Shown here piece after piece: positions 50,686 to 63,978 of a stretch of DNA of 64,000 nucleotides. Source of the DNA: Octopus sinensis (taxonomy: Eukaryota); contig NC_043015.1 of the NCBI RefSeq assembly GCF_006345805.1, positions 25,420,001 to 25,484,000 on the forward strand, read 5' to 3'. The position numbers were made by a program, and so were the translations under genes. The number at the start of each line of letters is the position of its first letter. The first letter of the stretch is position 1. The notes beneath the pieces were generated by a model that saw nothing but the letters and a program-made list of their open reading frames with translations, was not told where the DNA came from and ran no database searches.

Positions 50686-51588
50686 TAATCTTTACTATGA
50701 TGCAGCCACACCTATTTCTCTAGAGAAGACAACAAACCCCAGTAAAAGTTTGTTAACACCAAATAAATTATCCTTTTACAAATATCTCAGGTTTCATTTA
50801 TATCTTTATTTTTGTCATGTCACAGAGAAGAGTAATTTTAAGATGCATATATATTTAAGCATTTGTTAAAATAAATCTTTACATTTTGAATTTCCTAAAA
50901 ACAACAACAACAAAAAAAGAATAGAAAATTATCATGAAATATTCCACTTGATAGACAATTTAATATATTCAATTCTCGTATTTGGTTTTTTTCACCCTGC
51001 ATACATAATTATTTTGATGAAAATTTTAATGTTTGCAGGTACATCTTTTTATTTATTTGTGGCATAACACTCCGTATTATTTTCGATTATTCTTAATATA
51101 TATGTCAATTTGAAATTTTGCAGAATAATAAACACAAAATTCCAGTGTGAAAGAAAAAGAAAGAAATGAATAAAGCTTCACACAATTATTCATGCATGGA
51201 GATTAAATAATAAATCAATGAATTCTTTATTGGTAAGTATTTCATTTTCAGGTACAGAGAATTAACAAAATAATACATGAGATCTATAAGATTTATTTTA
51301 AAACACTTTGCATGTATGTGCATGTGTGTGTGTGTGCATGATGTGTATGTATGTGTCTGTGCGTGTGCGTGCATGCACACATGAATATGTACATGTGCTT
51401 ATGTGTGTTTGAATGGTGAATGGTGTGTGAGATTTACTTAAAAGGCTGTGCATGTTACATGTATGTGTGTTTGTGTGTATATGTGTGCAAGTGGGAGAGA
51501 TGTTTTAATGTCCAATTTTCTATGCTGCCATTAACTGAACATGGAATATCCGAACATGAAATATCCGAATCATACGCACTGTGTGTGT

Positions 51589-51637
<49 letters not shown>

Positions 51638-51684
51638 ACATGTATAAATATTTATGCGGGTATATTTGTATTTTAGCATTTTAT

Positions 51685-51730
51685 GAATTTCAGTCTGAAC
51701 TGCAGCCATGCTGGAGCACTGCCTTGATGG
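51685..51730 (-). mobile_element. SINE/CR1-type tail fragment
   Basis: tttcagtctgaactgcagccatgctggagcactgcctt is the reverse complement of the SINE tail. Confidence 0.65.
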
Positions 51731-52908
51731 GATTGATTCAAGCACATTGTTATCCCTTATGAAGAATACTCATGATCAAGGGTGTTCCATTTGTGACCCT
51801 CCTGCCTTTTTTTCAGACATAGTCTTTGCGGAACTATATAAAGGAATCATCTGTGTTACATAAGGCAGTGTTTCTGCTATATAAAACATATTTTCTCATT
51901 GTTCTCTACATTCATTGACCTCCAGTGTCACATGGAAGAATAGATTTCACATCACAGAACTTCAAATTACAGCAAAAGTTTTACAAATGCAACACTTTTG
52001 TCAGCTGTGGAATATCTGTTCTACATAATGGATCCTTCCTTTATTTTCTAAGATAGTAGGGAGTTATCTGTGACATTGATGCTCAGTGTGGTGGTCATTT
52101 CACTTTCTGTAGTTTTCAGCTTTCTTCTGTACTTTTGACCCAGGTTAGAGTACGGATGAAGCAAACCATTGATCAAACACATTTCATCCCTGGCAAATCT
52201 TCCAATATTTTCAGACATAGAATATTCAGAATTATGTTATCTAAAGTGTCCTTTTCTGATGAAGATACACTTTTTAGTCAAACTTTCTAGAAGATTGCTT
52301 GACCAAGAACAAAAATGCTTGAGATAACTCTGCAACATAAATGATTTCTCATGGAATTTTGGCTGACGTGTAATGATGAGTCAAAGACTTTCTAGTTTCT
52401 GAATGACTCTTTTCTTCTTGGTGGCTGCAATCTACAATGTCCATGTTGTGTAAAGAAACCTGTGAAGGCTGCACTCAACGACTGCATGAATTTCCCATAC
52501 TCATACAACTCATGGTGACATAAATGACATAGAGTAAATCCAGCAGAAATGAAAATAATGAAGTACAAGTGAATGTGGGTGAGTGGGGTACGTAGAGGTT
52601 ACAAGTATTTGACAAGAGACATCGATACCTAACTTGTCACTGAGAAATTGTCAAAACAGAATGGTTGGAAAGCATTACTATGAACAGACTGATCAAGGAG
52701 TCTTGATCAAATATCCTCTCTAATCAATGTGGTCACCATTCATTTAATGTGATTAAGGAGAGAGAGTGAGAGAGAGAGTGAGAGGGAGAGGGAGTGTGAG
52801 TTGAGATAATTGACAAATATATCATTACAACTGTCCAATGAATGGCTACATGAAACTCAGAGTGTGAAGATACTTTGATAAAGAGTATATACACTTACAT
52901 ATATACAT

Positions 52909-52955
<47 letters not shown>

Positions 52956-53145
52956 ACACATGCATATATATATATATATATATCAAAAGGATGTGTTATA
53001 ATACTATTCCACTTATACAAAACAACCATACCAACAATCCAACATACCACCATCATCAGCTGCCCCACAGATATCATTATGGTTTTGACACCTGAACAGT
53101 ACCATTCAATCTGGCAGTGTTAACAGCACTAAAAGAAGTATGTAT

Positions 53146-53196
<51 letters not shown>

Positions 53197-53280
53197 TGGG
53201 ACTAGTGGTTTCATATTGTCTTATTCGCCAATAGAAATGTTTACTTTTTACTGATTTATGGATTCTTGAATAACTATATA

Positions 53281-53515
53281 TCATCATCATCATCATCATC
53301 ATCATCATTTAACGTTTGTTGTCCATGCTGGAATGGGTTGGATGGTTTGAATGGGCTGACACTCTAGAAAGCTGCACCAAGATCCAGTCTGATTTGGCAT
53401 GGTTTTCTACAGTTGGATGCCCTTCCTAAAACCAACCACTCTGAGAGTGTAATGGGTGCTTTTACGTGACATCAGTATCTGCCACGAATGCTATTTTGCT
53501 CTGCTTGATGGGTCT
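53281..53515 (-). mobile_element. RTE 3'-end fragment (diverged)
   Basis: (CAT)n-ttaacgtttgttgtccatgctgg...gatgcccttcctaaaaccaaccactctgagagtg. Confidence 0.85.
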
Positions 53516-53597
53516 TCTTCTCAAGCATGACATAATGCCAAAGGTCTTGTTCACTGTCTCCATGAGGCGCAATACTCAAAAGGAGCTCGGCCACTTT

Positions 53598-53699
53598 GCT
53601 ACTCTTCAGGCCAAGTCTATCTTGATTACATGAAGTTTACATCTCCATTACATAAAGTAAATTTCATGTAATCAAGAAATCCTTGGCCTGAAGAGTAGC
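53598..53699. repeat. 102-nt imperfect palindrome (hairpin)
   Basis: 18-bp perfect outer stem, 4x4 internal loop, 21-bp inner stem with one G.U pair, 16-nt loop. Confidence 0.9.
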
Positions 53700-54729
53700 T
53701 TACCATCTCCCCACTCATTGGATAATTACTACTTCCAGGCTTCTGCTAGCTATGAAACATATGTAGCTTGGGTTTTTATCTTCTCCATTCTCTAATTTTG
53801 GATGGTTATTCGCATATACAGCAACCCCAGTTGCTCACCGTAAAAATAACTATTTTTTTAGCTTATCATGCTTCAACACAGGAAAAAATTGACAACCTTC
53901 TGTGCCAATAAACCACTATTGTCCCTGAAAGTTGTCTTTTATATCTGCTATGGACTGCTAGAAGCTCACTATTTTCCTTGATCTTTGTAGCTTACCTTTA
54001 TATATATATGTACATGCACACACATGAGAACATATCTGTTATATGCCCATACACATGAATGAGGTAGGAAGAAAGTAACAAATAAGGAGTGCTATGGCAT
54101 GACTGAGAGAGAAGGAAAGAAACGTGTGTGCCAAACTCCTCTACTTTTATTTTTTTCAATTTTGCAAATATTAGTAAAAGCAGTTGTGTAAAAAATCGCT
54201 TTTAGATTTGAAATTATACAAAAAATAAAGATGCAAGGAAATTTATTTGTAAATATTATTTTCTATTTTGGGATCTCTATTAAAATAAATTTAAGATTCT
54301 TCATACATTATATTAGTTTACATTAAGAAATACAGAAAGAATTTTTAAAGGACTTTTGACTTTGGAAATAAATTTTGCAATTTATTTAGGTTTTTTCATT
54401 CACATTTAAATTTAGAAATATTATAGTGTTATTATCTCAGCAGAAAAATATCCTCCAAATATAAAAAACGCTGAAAACATAATTCACATTTCCAGTTTGG
54501 TATCCTCTTTCTTCATTTTCAACATCTAATGTCCACTTTTCCATGTTTGCGTGGGTTGGACAGAATCTGAGGCAGATTTTCAGATAACTGTCGTTCCTGT
54601 TGCCAACTCTCACTTGTCTTTAAGGAAGGTTATATTTCCTGATGGCCAAACATGTTCTTGCAGAAGTTTGGAAATGACTGACATTGCTTGTAGGACAATG
54701 GCACTCACAAGCAATCGATGTGAAGACAA

Positions 54730-55830
54730 GGAAACACAGATAGGTCTATAATTAGCTTGGAAATCTTTGATACTGTTCACCTCTGGGCTTCCTCTCTTTT
54801 CTTGGACTGGTAACATCTCATTAGATCATATTGCCACAGTGCTGATGGAACCATTTTTGTCCAGCACTCCAGTGTTCCACAGAGCTTGGCTTTGTCTCCT
54901 CTTCTTTTCTTTTTAAACATCAGCAATGCACACTCTTACACATGGTATCATGTGTAAGAGTGTGCATTGCTGATGTTTAAAAAGAAAAGAAGGGGAGACA
55001 AAGCCAAGCTCTGTGGAACACTGGAGTGCTGGACAAAAATGGTTCCATCAGCATCGATCATTCTTGGCTAACCTTCTCCACCTAAGCAACATCCACTTGC
55101 AACCTAGAAACCTCAGACCAAATTTGTGCTAACCTCATTTACAAAGGCCTCATAAACATCTTCCGATAGGAATAGGCCAATCATATCTCCTTCAGCAGAT
55201 AAACAAGCAACAAACACCATCACTGCACTTCACCTTCCACTTGAAACATAAGCAACATACAGCAAAATCCCTAGAAATTGTTCCAAATACTTCACCTTAC
55301 TATTTCTAAGGAATATCTTTCACTTAGCTAGGATTGCATTTCAAAGACAAATGCTTCTCTCTAAAACCAGAAAAATACTTCAACTTTCAGCACTTACAGA
55401 GAAATATTGGGGTGGAGTGGGGAGTACAAAAGAGTACTTCTCCCACACTTGGTGAGGAGCAGCTGATAAATACAAAAATATCCAAAACTACAAAAAGCGA
55501 AAGTCTACATGACTGATTAGTATAATGTCAGTTGCAGACACAATGTGGCTCTGGCCTACAGAAGGGCTGTTGCCTCTCTCTGCCTTTACTACTGCTACTA
55601 CAATTGCCTCTGCTCTGAAATAGAAAAGATAGAAAGTGGGGACAGCCTCCACTCAAGCATGCTCCAACTCACTCATCTCACTTTCACCACCATGTTGTAT
55701 TAACCTCTCCCACATTGAGCCCTTTGTTATCAACTGGAACACTGGTCCTCAGGAATCTCCTTCCATGTATATAGACCTAATAGTTTAACAGTTTAAGCAG
55801 AACATTAATAACATCTGCAACTCTGAAGAG
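54730..55830 (+). mobile_element. Highly degenerate CR1/L2-group LINE relic (RT to C-terminus)
   Basis: SLEIFDTVH, SSVPQSLALSPLLFF..HSY, EYFSHTW*GA, and a C-terminal YYNCLCSEI...NW...FKQNIN-like stretch. Confidence 0.6.
54840..55053. repeat. Near-perfect 214-bp palindrome (105-bp arms, 4-nt loop gtat, one mismatch)
   Basis: Arms 54840-54944 and 54949-55053 differ only at ctcctcttc versus gaaggggag. Confidence 0.97.
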
Positions 55831-56223
55831 CAGCACCCCTTCCTCCAGATTTGGTTAGGAAAGAACATCACCAATCTCTTAAGCCTGTGCTTGTCAAGCA
55901 TCTTCTCACAGGAAAAGGCAACCAATTGGTAGAATTGTTAGAACCTTCAGAAAAATGCTTTGTGATATTTGTTCTGACTCTTTTAAATTCTGCTGGGGTC
56001 AACTTTGGGGTTGCTAACTCAAATACTGGGGTTGGTTAGAAATATTGTTAAGGTTGTAAGTGAACAGAATTATCAGCATATCAAACAAAATACTAATACT
56101 TGGTGGCCCTGTGTCCAGCTCTTTATGTTCAAAATCCACCAAGGTCGACTTTGCTTTGATACTTCTGACAGTCATAAAAACTGAGCAGCAGCTGAGTACT
56201 TGGGTCATTGTAATCGACTATTC

Positions 56224-56905
56224 CATCATCATCATAATTTAACGTCCGTTTTCCATGCTAGCATGGGTTGGATGGTTTGACTGGGGTCTGAGAAGCTAGG
56301 AGATGCACCAGGCTCCAGTTTGATCTGGCAGAATTTCAACAGCTGGATGCACTTCCTAACACCAACCACTCCGAGTGTAGTGGGTGCTTTTTTACATGCC
56401 ACCGGCACAGGTGCTAGAGGGGGCTGGTATTGACCATGATTGGATGGTACTTTTTATGTGCCACTAGCACGTTTGGATAGGGCTTTTTACGTGCCACTAG
56501 CACAGGGATCACAACTACAATTTCCATTTGATTGTGATTTAATTTGATTTTGATGTTGATGTACTTGACTCAATAGGTCTCCTCAAGCATGGCATGTCAC
56601 CCTATGATCCAAGGTACTTTTCGAGTTGGCTGGTTATGTGACACTGGTGTAGGGTACAGCTGTGAACTCACTTTATTTGCCAGGTCTTCTCAGTCACAGT
56701 ATATCTCCAGAGTTCTCGGTCTTTAGTCATTGCCTCTGTGAGGCCGAACATTCAAAGGTCATGCTTCACCACCTCATCCCATGTCTTCCTGGGTCTCCCT
56801 CTACCCTGGATTCCTTCCACTGTTTGGGAGTGGCACTTCTTCACACAGCTCTCCTTATCCATCCATAGTACATGACCATACCAATGCAAACATCTCTCTT
56901 GCACG
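56224..56905 (-). mobile_element. RTE 3' end including the ORF C-terminus
   Basis: (CAT)n tail, terminal block, three short units, then the reverse complement of WYGHVLWM..SCVKKCHS..VEG..GRPRKTW.EVVKHDL. Confidence 0.9.
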
Positions 56906-57837
56906 TCACTCCCTTTAAATTGCTGGCCTTATGCCAAAATTGGAAACATTATTATTAATATAAGTATACACATGCATGCTCACATGGATGTACATGCATA
57001 CATGCATGCATGCACACACACACACGCACACACACACACACGTGTGTATTCACTTACATGCTAACCAGTACACAGTATGAATGACAAACATAGGAAGTGA
57101 CAAACAAACCAAAGTGCTGGAAAGTGATAGAAAATTGCAATATAAAGATTGAAGAGAGTGAGAACGAGAGAGAAAGGAGAGGAAGCAAGAATGTATATAA
57201 TCATCTGAATATTTTTTCTATTTTGCATTTCCATATTATTGCAAAGGAAACTTGGATAAAAAGTATTTTAACCCTGAAATTATCAAAAAAAAAAAAAAAA
57301 ATTGAAAGCAAACTATTTCTAATACATTATTTTCTGTTTTTGCTATATCTATTAAGATGAAATTTGAAAATAAGATTCTTCTTGGATTATTTTAGTTATT
57401 TAAAAAAAAAAATGAAATTTTTAAAGGACATTTGACTTTGCAAATATATTTTGCAATTAAGTCTGGTGTATGTTTTTGGCATATTTTTCTTTTTCTTTTT
57501 ATTTGAAATATGATAGCATTAATATCTCTGGAAAAATATTCTGCAAGTGTTTGTGTAAATGATGTTAGAAAGATTAATATATATGGTTCCAATTTCATGT
57601 ATTTCCTTATTTAGTAGAAAGATTTTTTCTTATGTCTCCTTTCAGCAAATAGCTGAATACATAATAGTGACATATAACACATTTCACCTACATACTTTCT
57701 ATTTACATTCTTTACAATCGTTCCTTCTTCGACAATTTCTGTGAATCAGAAATTCTAAAGAAGAGTTTGGGCTTGAAACACTAAAAATGCTTATTGAACG
57801 TTAAACAAAGAATTGTAATAATTACATTGAGTATACA

Positions 57838-57928
<91 letters not shown>

Positions 57929-58324
57929 GTGTGTTGTGTGTGTGTGTGTATGCATGTGTGCATGCACGTGTGTATGTATGTATGCATGTGTGCATGCACG
58001 TGTGTGTATGATGAAGAAGTTTACTTTCTAAGTCCATGGTTTTGGATTCAGTCCTAATGTGTGGAATGTGTGACCTGAGCCAACCAAAGCCTTGTGAATC
58101 AATTTGGTAGACAGACTCTGAAAGGCAATCCACACTTGCAGTCTTTAATTGAGACAGATTTTTCTGCTGCTCGGTGCTCTTCCTATCACTAACCCTTACC
58201 TGTTTCCAAGCAAGGTATTGTTTGAAAATGGATGGACATGCTTTTGTTAGAAATTAGAAATTAATGAGATATAAATGATACAGCAATCACTCTGCTAAAT
58301 ACAAACATACATACGCATATATAA

Positions 58325-58468
58325 CAAGCTTCTTTCAGTTTCTATCTACCATATTCTCTTACAAAGTTTTGGTCAGCTCAGGGCTGTAGTAGAAGACCCT
58401 TGCTTAAGATGACATGCAGGGGGAGTGAACCTGGGACCTTACGACTGGGAAGCTAACTTTTTAGCATG
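58325..58468 (-). mobile_element. 5' half of the main SINE (diverged)
   Basis: gcttctttcagtttctatctacca...tagtagaagacccttgcttaag...gtgaacctggg. Confidence 0.7.
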
Positions 58469-58806
58469 TCTGCCCCTGTGGGCTCAACTTTGTCCTTTAT
58501 TCCTTCAGTATCAAGAAAATAAAGAATAAAACTTTGGCTGGAATTGGTTTTAATTATTTACACCATTTCCTTAGAAATTGTTGGCCTTTGAACGAAATTA
58601 GTAAATATGTTTATTGTTATCAACATTATTCTTCATATTCATACTTCTATGTACTTGTGTGTGTGTGTGTGTTTGCATACATATTTATGTGTGTGTGTAT
58701 ATTTGTATGTGTATATGTATATTTGTGCATGCATGGGCCACCCAGCATCTCCACTGAAGTCACCAGTCACAAAGAGTAGAAACTACAACCTTCTGTGTGG
58801 GTGGTA

Positions 58807-61555
58807 ACTCTTCATGACTAGTGATTTCAGTGGACATTTTGGGTAGCATCCAGTTGACTTCAGTGGGTGTGCATGGAGTCAATTCTTGCAATGGGGTCGT
58901 TAAGTTCTGTGCTGCAAATGATATGCAATACTAACATCAAGAAACCAGCCAGTCACCTGTTCACCTATCAACCTGGTGGCCACACAAGCCAGTTTGACTA
59001 CATTCTCACCAGAAAATAGGAAAGACGGTTACTTTTAAATGCAAAGTGTTTCCAAGGTAAAGAGTACAACCCTCATAGGTTAGTTGGTAGTGACTTCAGG
59101 CTTTAGGCTAGAAGACACAGAGAAGCAAACCAGTCTACAAGAGAAAGATCTTGAAGCTTAAGGACCCTCAAAATAGTTAGAGATTTAGAGACATACTAAT
59201 TGAAGCATTTGAAAAGAAGGGGGAAGAGACAGTTACAGAGAGGATACCTGGCAGTGCCAATGAGAAAACTTAACGAGGTCACTAACCAAATTTGTGACTG
59301 GTGCAAAGTCTCTTCCAGACTTAAGGTGATATGGTGATGGAATACGGCCTGGAAGAACTGGAAGAGTGGTGGTAGCAAGGAACTATATCAGAGAGCGAGA
59401 AGGGAGGATAGAAGACAGGCATACTTAGCCAGAGGAGAAGCAGAAAGGAAGAAGTTTACCAATATTCTGCAGTATGAGGACCAGAGGCTTGACGTATTTT
59501 GGATTGCAAGACAGTGTGTGAGAGAATATTGGGATGTAGAAAAGAAGTGTGTTCACATAGATAATAGTTCGCATGTAGATGGTGATTCTGCAAAGAAAGA
59601 TGCTTAGAAATGTTACTATGAAAACTTGCTAAGTGTGGAGAATGCATGAGTGACAAGTCTGCTTAATGTAGACCCAAGTGAGGGACCTGCTATCTGAGTA
59701 TGACATTAGCTTGATAGATAAAGTAATTAAGGGTATGAAGACAGGGAAAGCCTCCAGCCCTTCAGGAATCACTGTTGAGATACCTAAAATATCTGATGGA
59801 GTAGGATATGGCCTAATCACTTGTATAGTTAATCGGAGTCAAACCCAACGACTTGTAATGCAGCATTATAGTCAACTGCCTCAAAGGTAAAGGTGATGCC
59901 TTAGACAGAAATAATTGCAGAGGTATCAAACTGCTGGACCAAGTGATGAAGGTTACAGAGAAGGTCATAGCTCAACTAATTAGGAAGAGAGTTAGTCTGG
60001 ATGAGATACAGTTCAGTTTTGTGCCAGAGAGAAGCACCACTGATGCTATATTCTTGGTAAGGTAGCTGCAGAAGTACTTAGACACAAATAAACCCCTGTA
60101 CTTGGCTTTTGTTGACATGGAGAAAGCCTTTGACAGGGTCTCAAATTCCCTCATGCAGAGGCCAGGGATAGATGAGTGGTTGGGGAGAGCTATAAAAGCC
60201 ATGTTCAGGGATGTTGTCAGCAAGCTGACGGTTGGCAAGAAGTATAGCAATGAATTTAATGTACAAGTAGGAGTGCACAAGGATCGGTTCTCAGCCTCCT
60301 TCATGCTTTTCATTGTCCTCCAGGCCATAACAGAGGAATCCAAGACTGGCTGCCCTTGGGAGGTTCTCTCTGCTGATGACCCTGTTCTTTTAGCTGAAGC
60401 ACAAACTTAACTAGAGAAGAAATTTCTGGTGTGGAAGCAAGGTCTGAATCTAAGGGTCTTAGAGTTAATTTAATGAAGACCAAAGTCCTTGTAAAGAGGA
60501 AAACAGACAAATAACAAATCCCTTTGGGGAGATGGTCCTGCTAGGTGAGTTGGAAAAATGTTGGTAGAAACTCCATATGGAGTACCCGTTGCAAGCTATG
60601 GATATATAAGAGGTACAGCAGCATCACAGAAAGGCTAGCAAAAGTAGTCTTTATGTTTGGCAGATGTGTGGATACAATAAACAAATATCTGGCGTGATGC
60701 TGAGAAGTAGTTGATAGCCCCTGTTACCTAGGTAACCAAGTTGGTAGTGGAGGAGGAAGTTCTAAAAACATAGTTGCTAGAATAAGAAACAGCTGGGAAA
60801 AATTCAGAGAGCTTCTACATTTGTTGGTAACAAAGAGCCTTTTCCTCAGAGTGAAAGGCAGATTGTATGATACCTGTGTACATACATCTATGCTGCATGG
60901 CAGTGGAACATGAGCTGTGACTGAAGAGTATATGTGAGTGCTACTATAGAAATGAAACCAGCATGCTCTGCAGGTAATGTCAGTGTGCACAAGAGGCTTT
61001 AGATGTTGTGTATGGATGCAGATAGCTGCATATAGAAGCACTGATCTCTAACTGACGAGGGAACTTGTTGAAGGGGTAAACTCAGGAAGATGTAGGATCA
61101 GGTGATGAGATAGGATCTTTAGACGTTGAGCCTCACCAAAGAGATGATGAGGGACCAAGACTTCTGGTGATTTGCTGGGCTTGAAAAGACACATCAAGCT
61201 GAGTAAAACTGTGGCCATCCATATATACAGGTAGGTTCTTCATGACCATGCCTCCCACTCATTCTCTCGGCTGAGAAGTCTTTGTCTTGCATGCTCTTGA
61301 TGTCATGTAAAATGCACTCATGTCAGCACCACTTGATATGCCCTCATGCCAGTGCTGGTGCTGCATAAAAAGCATCCAGTCCACTCTGTAAAGAGGCTGG
61401 TGTTAGGAAGAGTATCCAGCCATATGAACTTTACCAAAACAAACAAGTGGAGCCTGGTACAGCTCTCTGGCCTTGCCAACTCCTATCATGCTATCCAACT
61501 CATGCCAGCATGGAAAACAGACTTTCAATAATGATGATGGTGGTGATGATGTGTC
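58807..61555 (+). mobile_element. Older RTE LINE copy from the APE C-half through RT to the (GAT)n tail
   Basis: SDFSGH, KPASHLFTY, QFDYILTR, LKDP, TGKASSPSGIT, NNCRGIKLL, FVDMEKAFDRV, LSADD, HGSGT, 3' terminal block; many stops. Confidence 0.9.
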
Positions 61556-61581
61556 TGCGTATGAATGTATGTGTATGTATT

Positions 61582-61628
<47 letters not shown>

Positions 61629-61735
61629 GTATATATATATATATAAGGTATGTGTATGCTTATATATATATTGTGTGTGCATATGTGTGCTCTAACATGA
61701 CCACAACTGCATGACCGACTGAAATGAATAAGAGA

Positions 61736-61769
<34 letters not shown>

Positions 61770-61823
61770 ATACATATATATATGTATATATACATTTATA
61801 TATATATATATATATAGAGAGAG

Positions 61824-61890
<67 letters not shown>

Positions 61891-62006
61891 GATATGTATA
61901 TAAGGTGTATGTACTCATATATATATATATATTCTTTTATTCATTTCAACCATGCAGTTGTGGTCAAGAAGCACACACATGCATACATATGCATGCATGC
62001 ACACAC

Positions 62007-62051
<45 letters not shown>

Positions 62052-62749
62052 ACACACACACACACGCCTTATGTTGTTTTTGAGGCATTTCCATTGCCAG
62101 TCCTCACCTGAATCTACCTGTCAGCATTATTGCTAACTGGCAAGGCTCACATTAATTATTCCAACATGACCTGTCAAATGGCAGATTCTAAAAGGCTGGT
62201 CCCTTTACTCTCATATATTTCTTCTCATCTTAATCTTCTCTCCTACACATAATGACCAATACAGTCACTAATCCCTCATCAATTCTCATCCACACCAAGC
62301 AATTATTAAAAGATATTCATGGAAAGAGGACCCAATAACACACACACACACCTATGTACTCACAACAATAAATCAAAACCACTTAACTACATCTCTTCTC
62401 CCCTCATCTCTCCGTGTGCCATGTACACCTGTCCTTCAAAACTATTGAAACTGGATTAATTAAAGTATCTTTCAGCATGTTGTTAGCATATATATATATT
62501 TATCTATATAAGGGTACACACACACACACCGTATTTTCTGACATACAAGTTGAATTTTTCAAGCCAAAATTCACAGCCAAAGGAAAGGTAGGTCATTGCA
62601 TACACCAAGAGGACTTTGGATGACCAGTGAAATGTAGCAAGTCTTGGAACGCTAGTGAAGATGTTCAGATGCTTACACTATACACTTATAGTATATACTT
62701 GGTTGACTTGTAATCTGGAAAATGTGGTGTGTATGTGTGTGTGGATGGA

Positions 62750-62773
62750 TGGATAGACAGTTAGACAGACAGT

Positions 62774-62805
<32 letters not shown>

Positions 62806-62872
62806 TGGATGGATGGATGGATAGACAGATAGACAGACAGTTAGACAGGCAGACAGTTAGATAGATAGATAA

Positions 62873-62912
<40 letters not shown>

Positions 62913-63030
62913 ATAGATATACAGACAGACAGACAGACGGACGGACAGACGGACGGATGGACGGACGGATGGATGGATGGGTAGATAGGTTGATTGATAG
63001 ATAAGAAAATAGGATAGAGAGAGAGAGAGG
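62750..63030. repeat. Compound (GATG)/(GACA)/(GATA)/(GACG) tetranucleotide microsatellite
   Basis: Read directly from the sequence. Confidence 0.95.
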
Positions 63031-63239
63031 TAGAGGTAGATTAGAGTATAGTAAGGTTTAGGTTATTACTGAGTTTAATAGCACACCCTGGAGTAGTCTT
63101 TTAAGTCATGTGTTGGCATACCACAACCCACTCATGTAGGAAATTGTTGTTTGCCAAAATGTCAAGGCATCAGTGGTTTCTTGGAGGGATTTGGTTTCCA
63201 TTGGGGGAATTTGTCCAAATACCATTTGAATATTTTAGA

Positions 63240-63556
63240 GTAAAAAGCACCATCCGAATCGTGGCCGAAGCCAGTGCCGCCTCGACTGGCTTCCGTGCAG
63301 GTGGCACGTAAAATGCACCAATCCGACTGTGGCCAATGCCAGCCTCGCCTGGCACCAGTGCAGGTGGCACGTAAAAAGCACCCACTACACTCACGGAGTG
63401 GTTGGCGTTAGGAAGGGCATCCAGCTGTAGAAACATTGCCAGATAAGACCTGAGCCTGGTGCAGCCTTCTGGCTTCCCAGATCCCCGGTCGAACTGTCCA
63501 ACCCATGCTAGCATGGAGAACGGACGTTAAACGATGATGATGATGATGATGATGAT
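63240..63556 (+). mobile_element. RTE 3'-end fragment with two complete hairpin units
   Basis: taaaaagcaccatccg...gccagtgccgcctcgactggc...; terminal block; (GAT)n. Confidence 0.92.
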
Positions 63557-63644
63557 TATTCTCCTTTGTTTTGTTTTTGTTTTTGTTTTTCAGGATAATA
63601 TTGAAAAAAGCAAAACCTGTTGAAGGAAAATATTTGTTCTATAT

Positions 63645-63870
63645 ATCAGCATCATCATCATCATTTAAAGTCTGCTTTCCATGCTGGCATGGATTGGATG
63701 GTCTGACGTGCAGCTGGCTTGCAAGAAGCTGCCCAAACTCCAATTGTCGCATGGTTTCTATTGCTGGATGCTCTTGGTAATGCCAACAGAGTGTGCCAGG
63801 TGCTCTTTACGTGCCACTGGCATGGGTGAGTTTGTGCAGCACAGGTGCAGGTCCATTTTATGAGGCACTG
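63645..63870 (-). mobile_element. RTE 3'-end fragment (diverged), tail-to-tail with the previous copy
   Basis: catcatcatcatttaaagtctgctttccatgctggcatgg...gctggatgctcttgg...tttacgtgccactggca. Confidence 0.8.
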
Positions 63871-63934
63871 GCACCTGTGTGTGTGTATACATATATATAT
63901 ATATGTATGTATGTGTATATATATGTATATATAT

Positions 63935-63978
<44 letters not shown>

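Noticed and set aside
4641-63900. Dozens of 60-200-aa ORFs rich in Y/I/C/V/H/T (e.g. 33493-34080, 48569-49129, 43050-43676)
   Set aside because: They are translations of (TA)n, (CA)n, (TG)n and (ATCT)n microsatellites.
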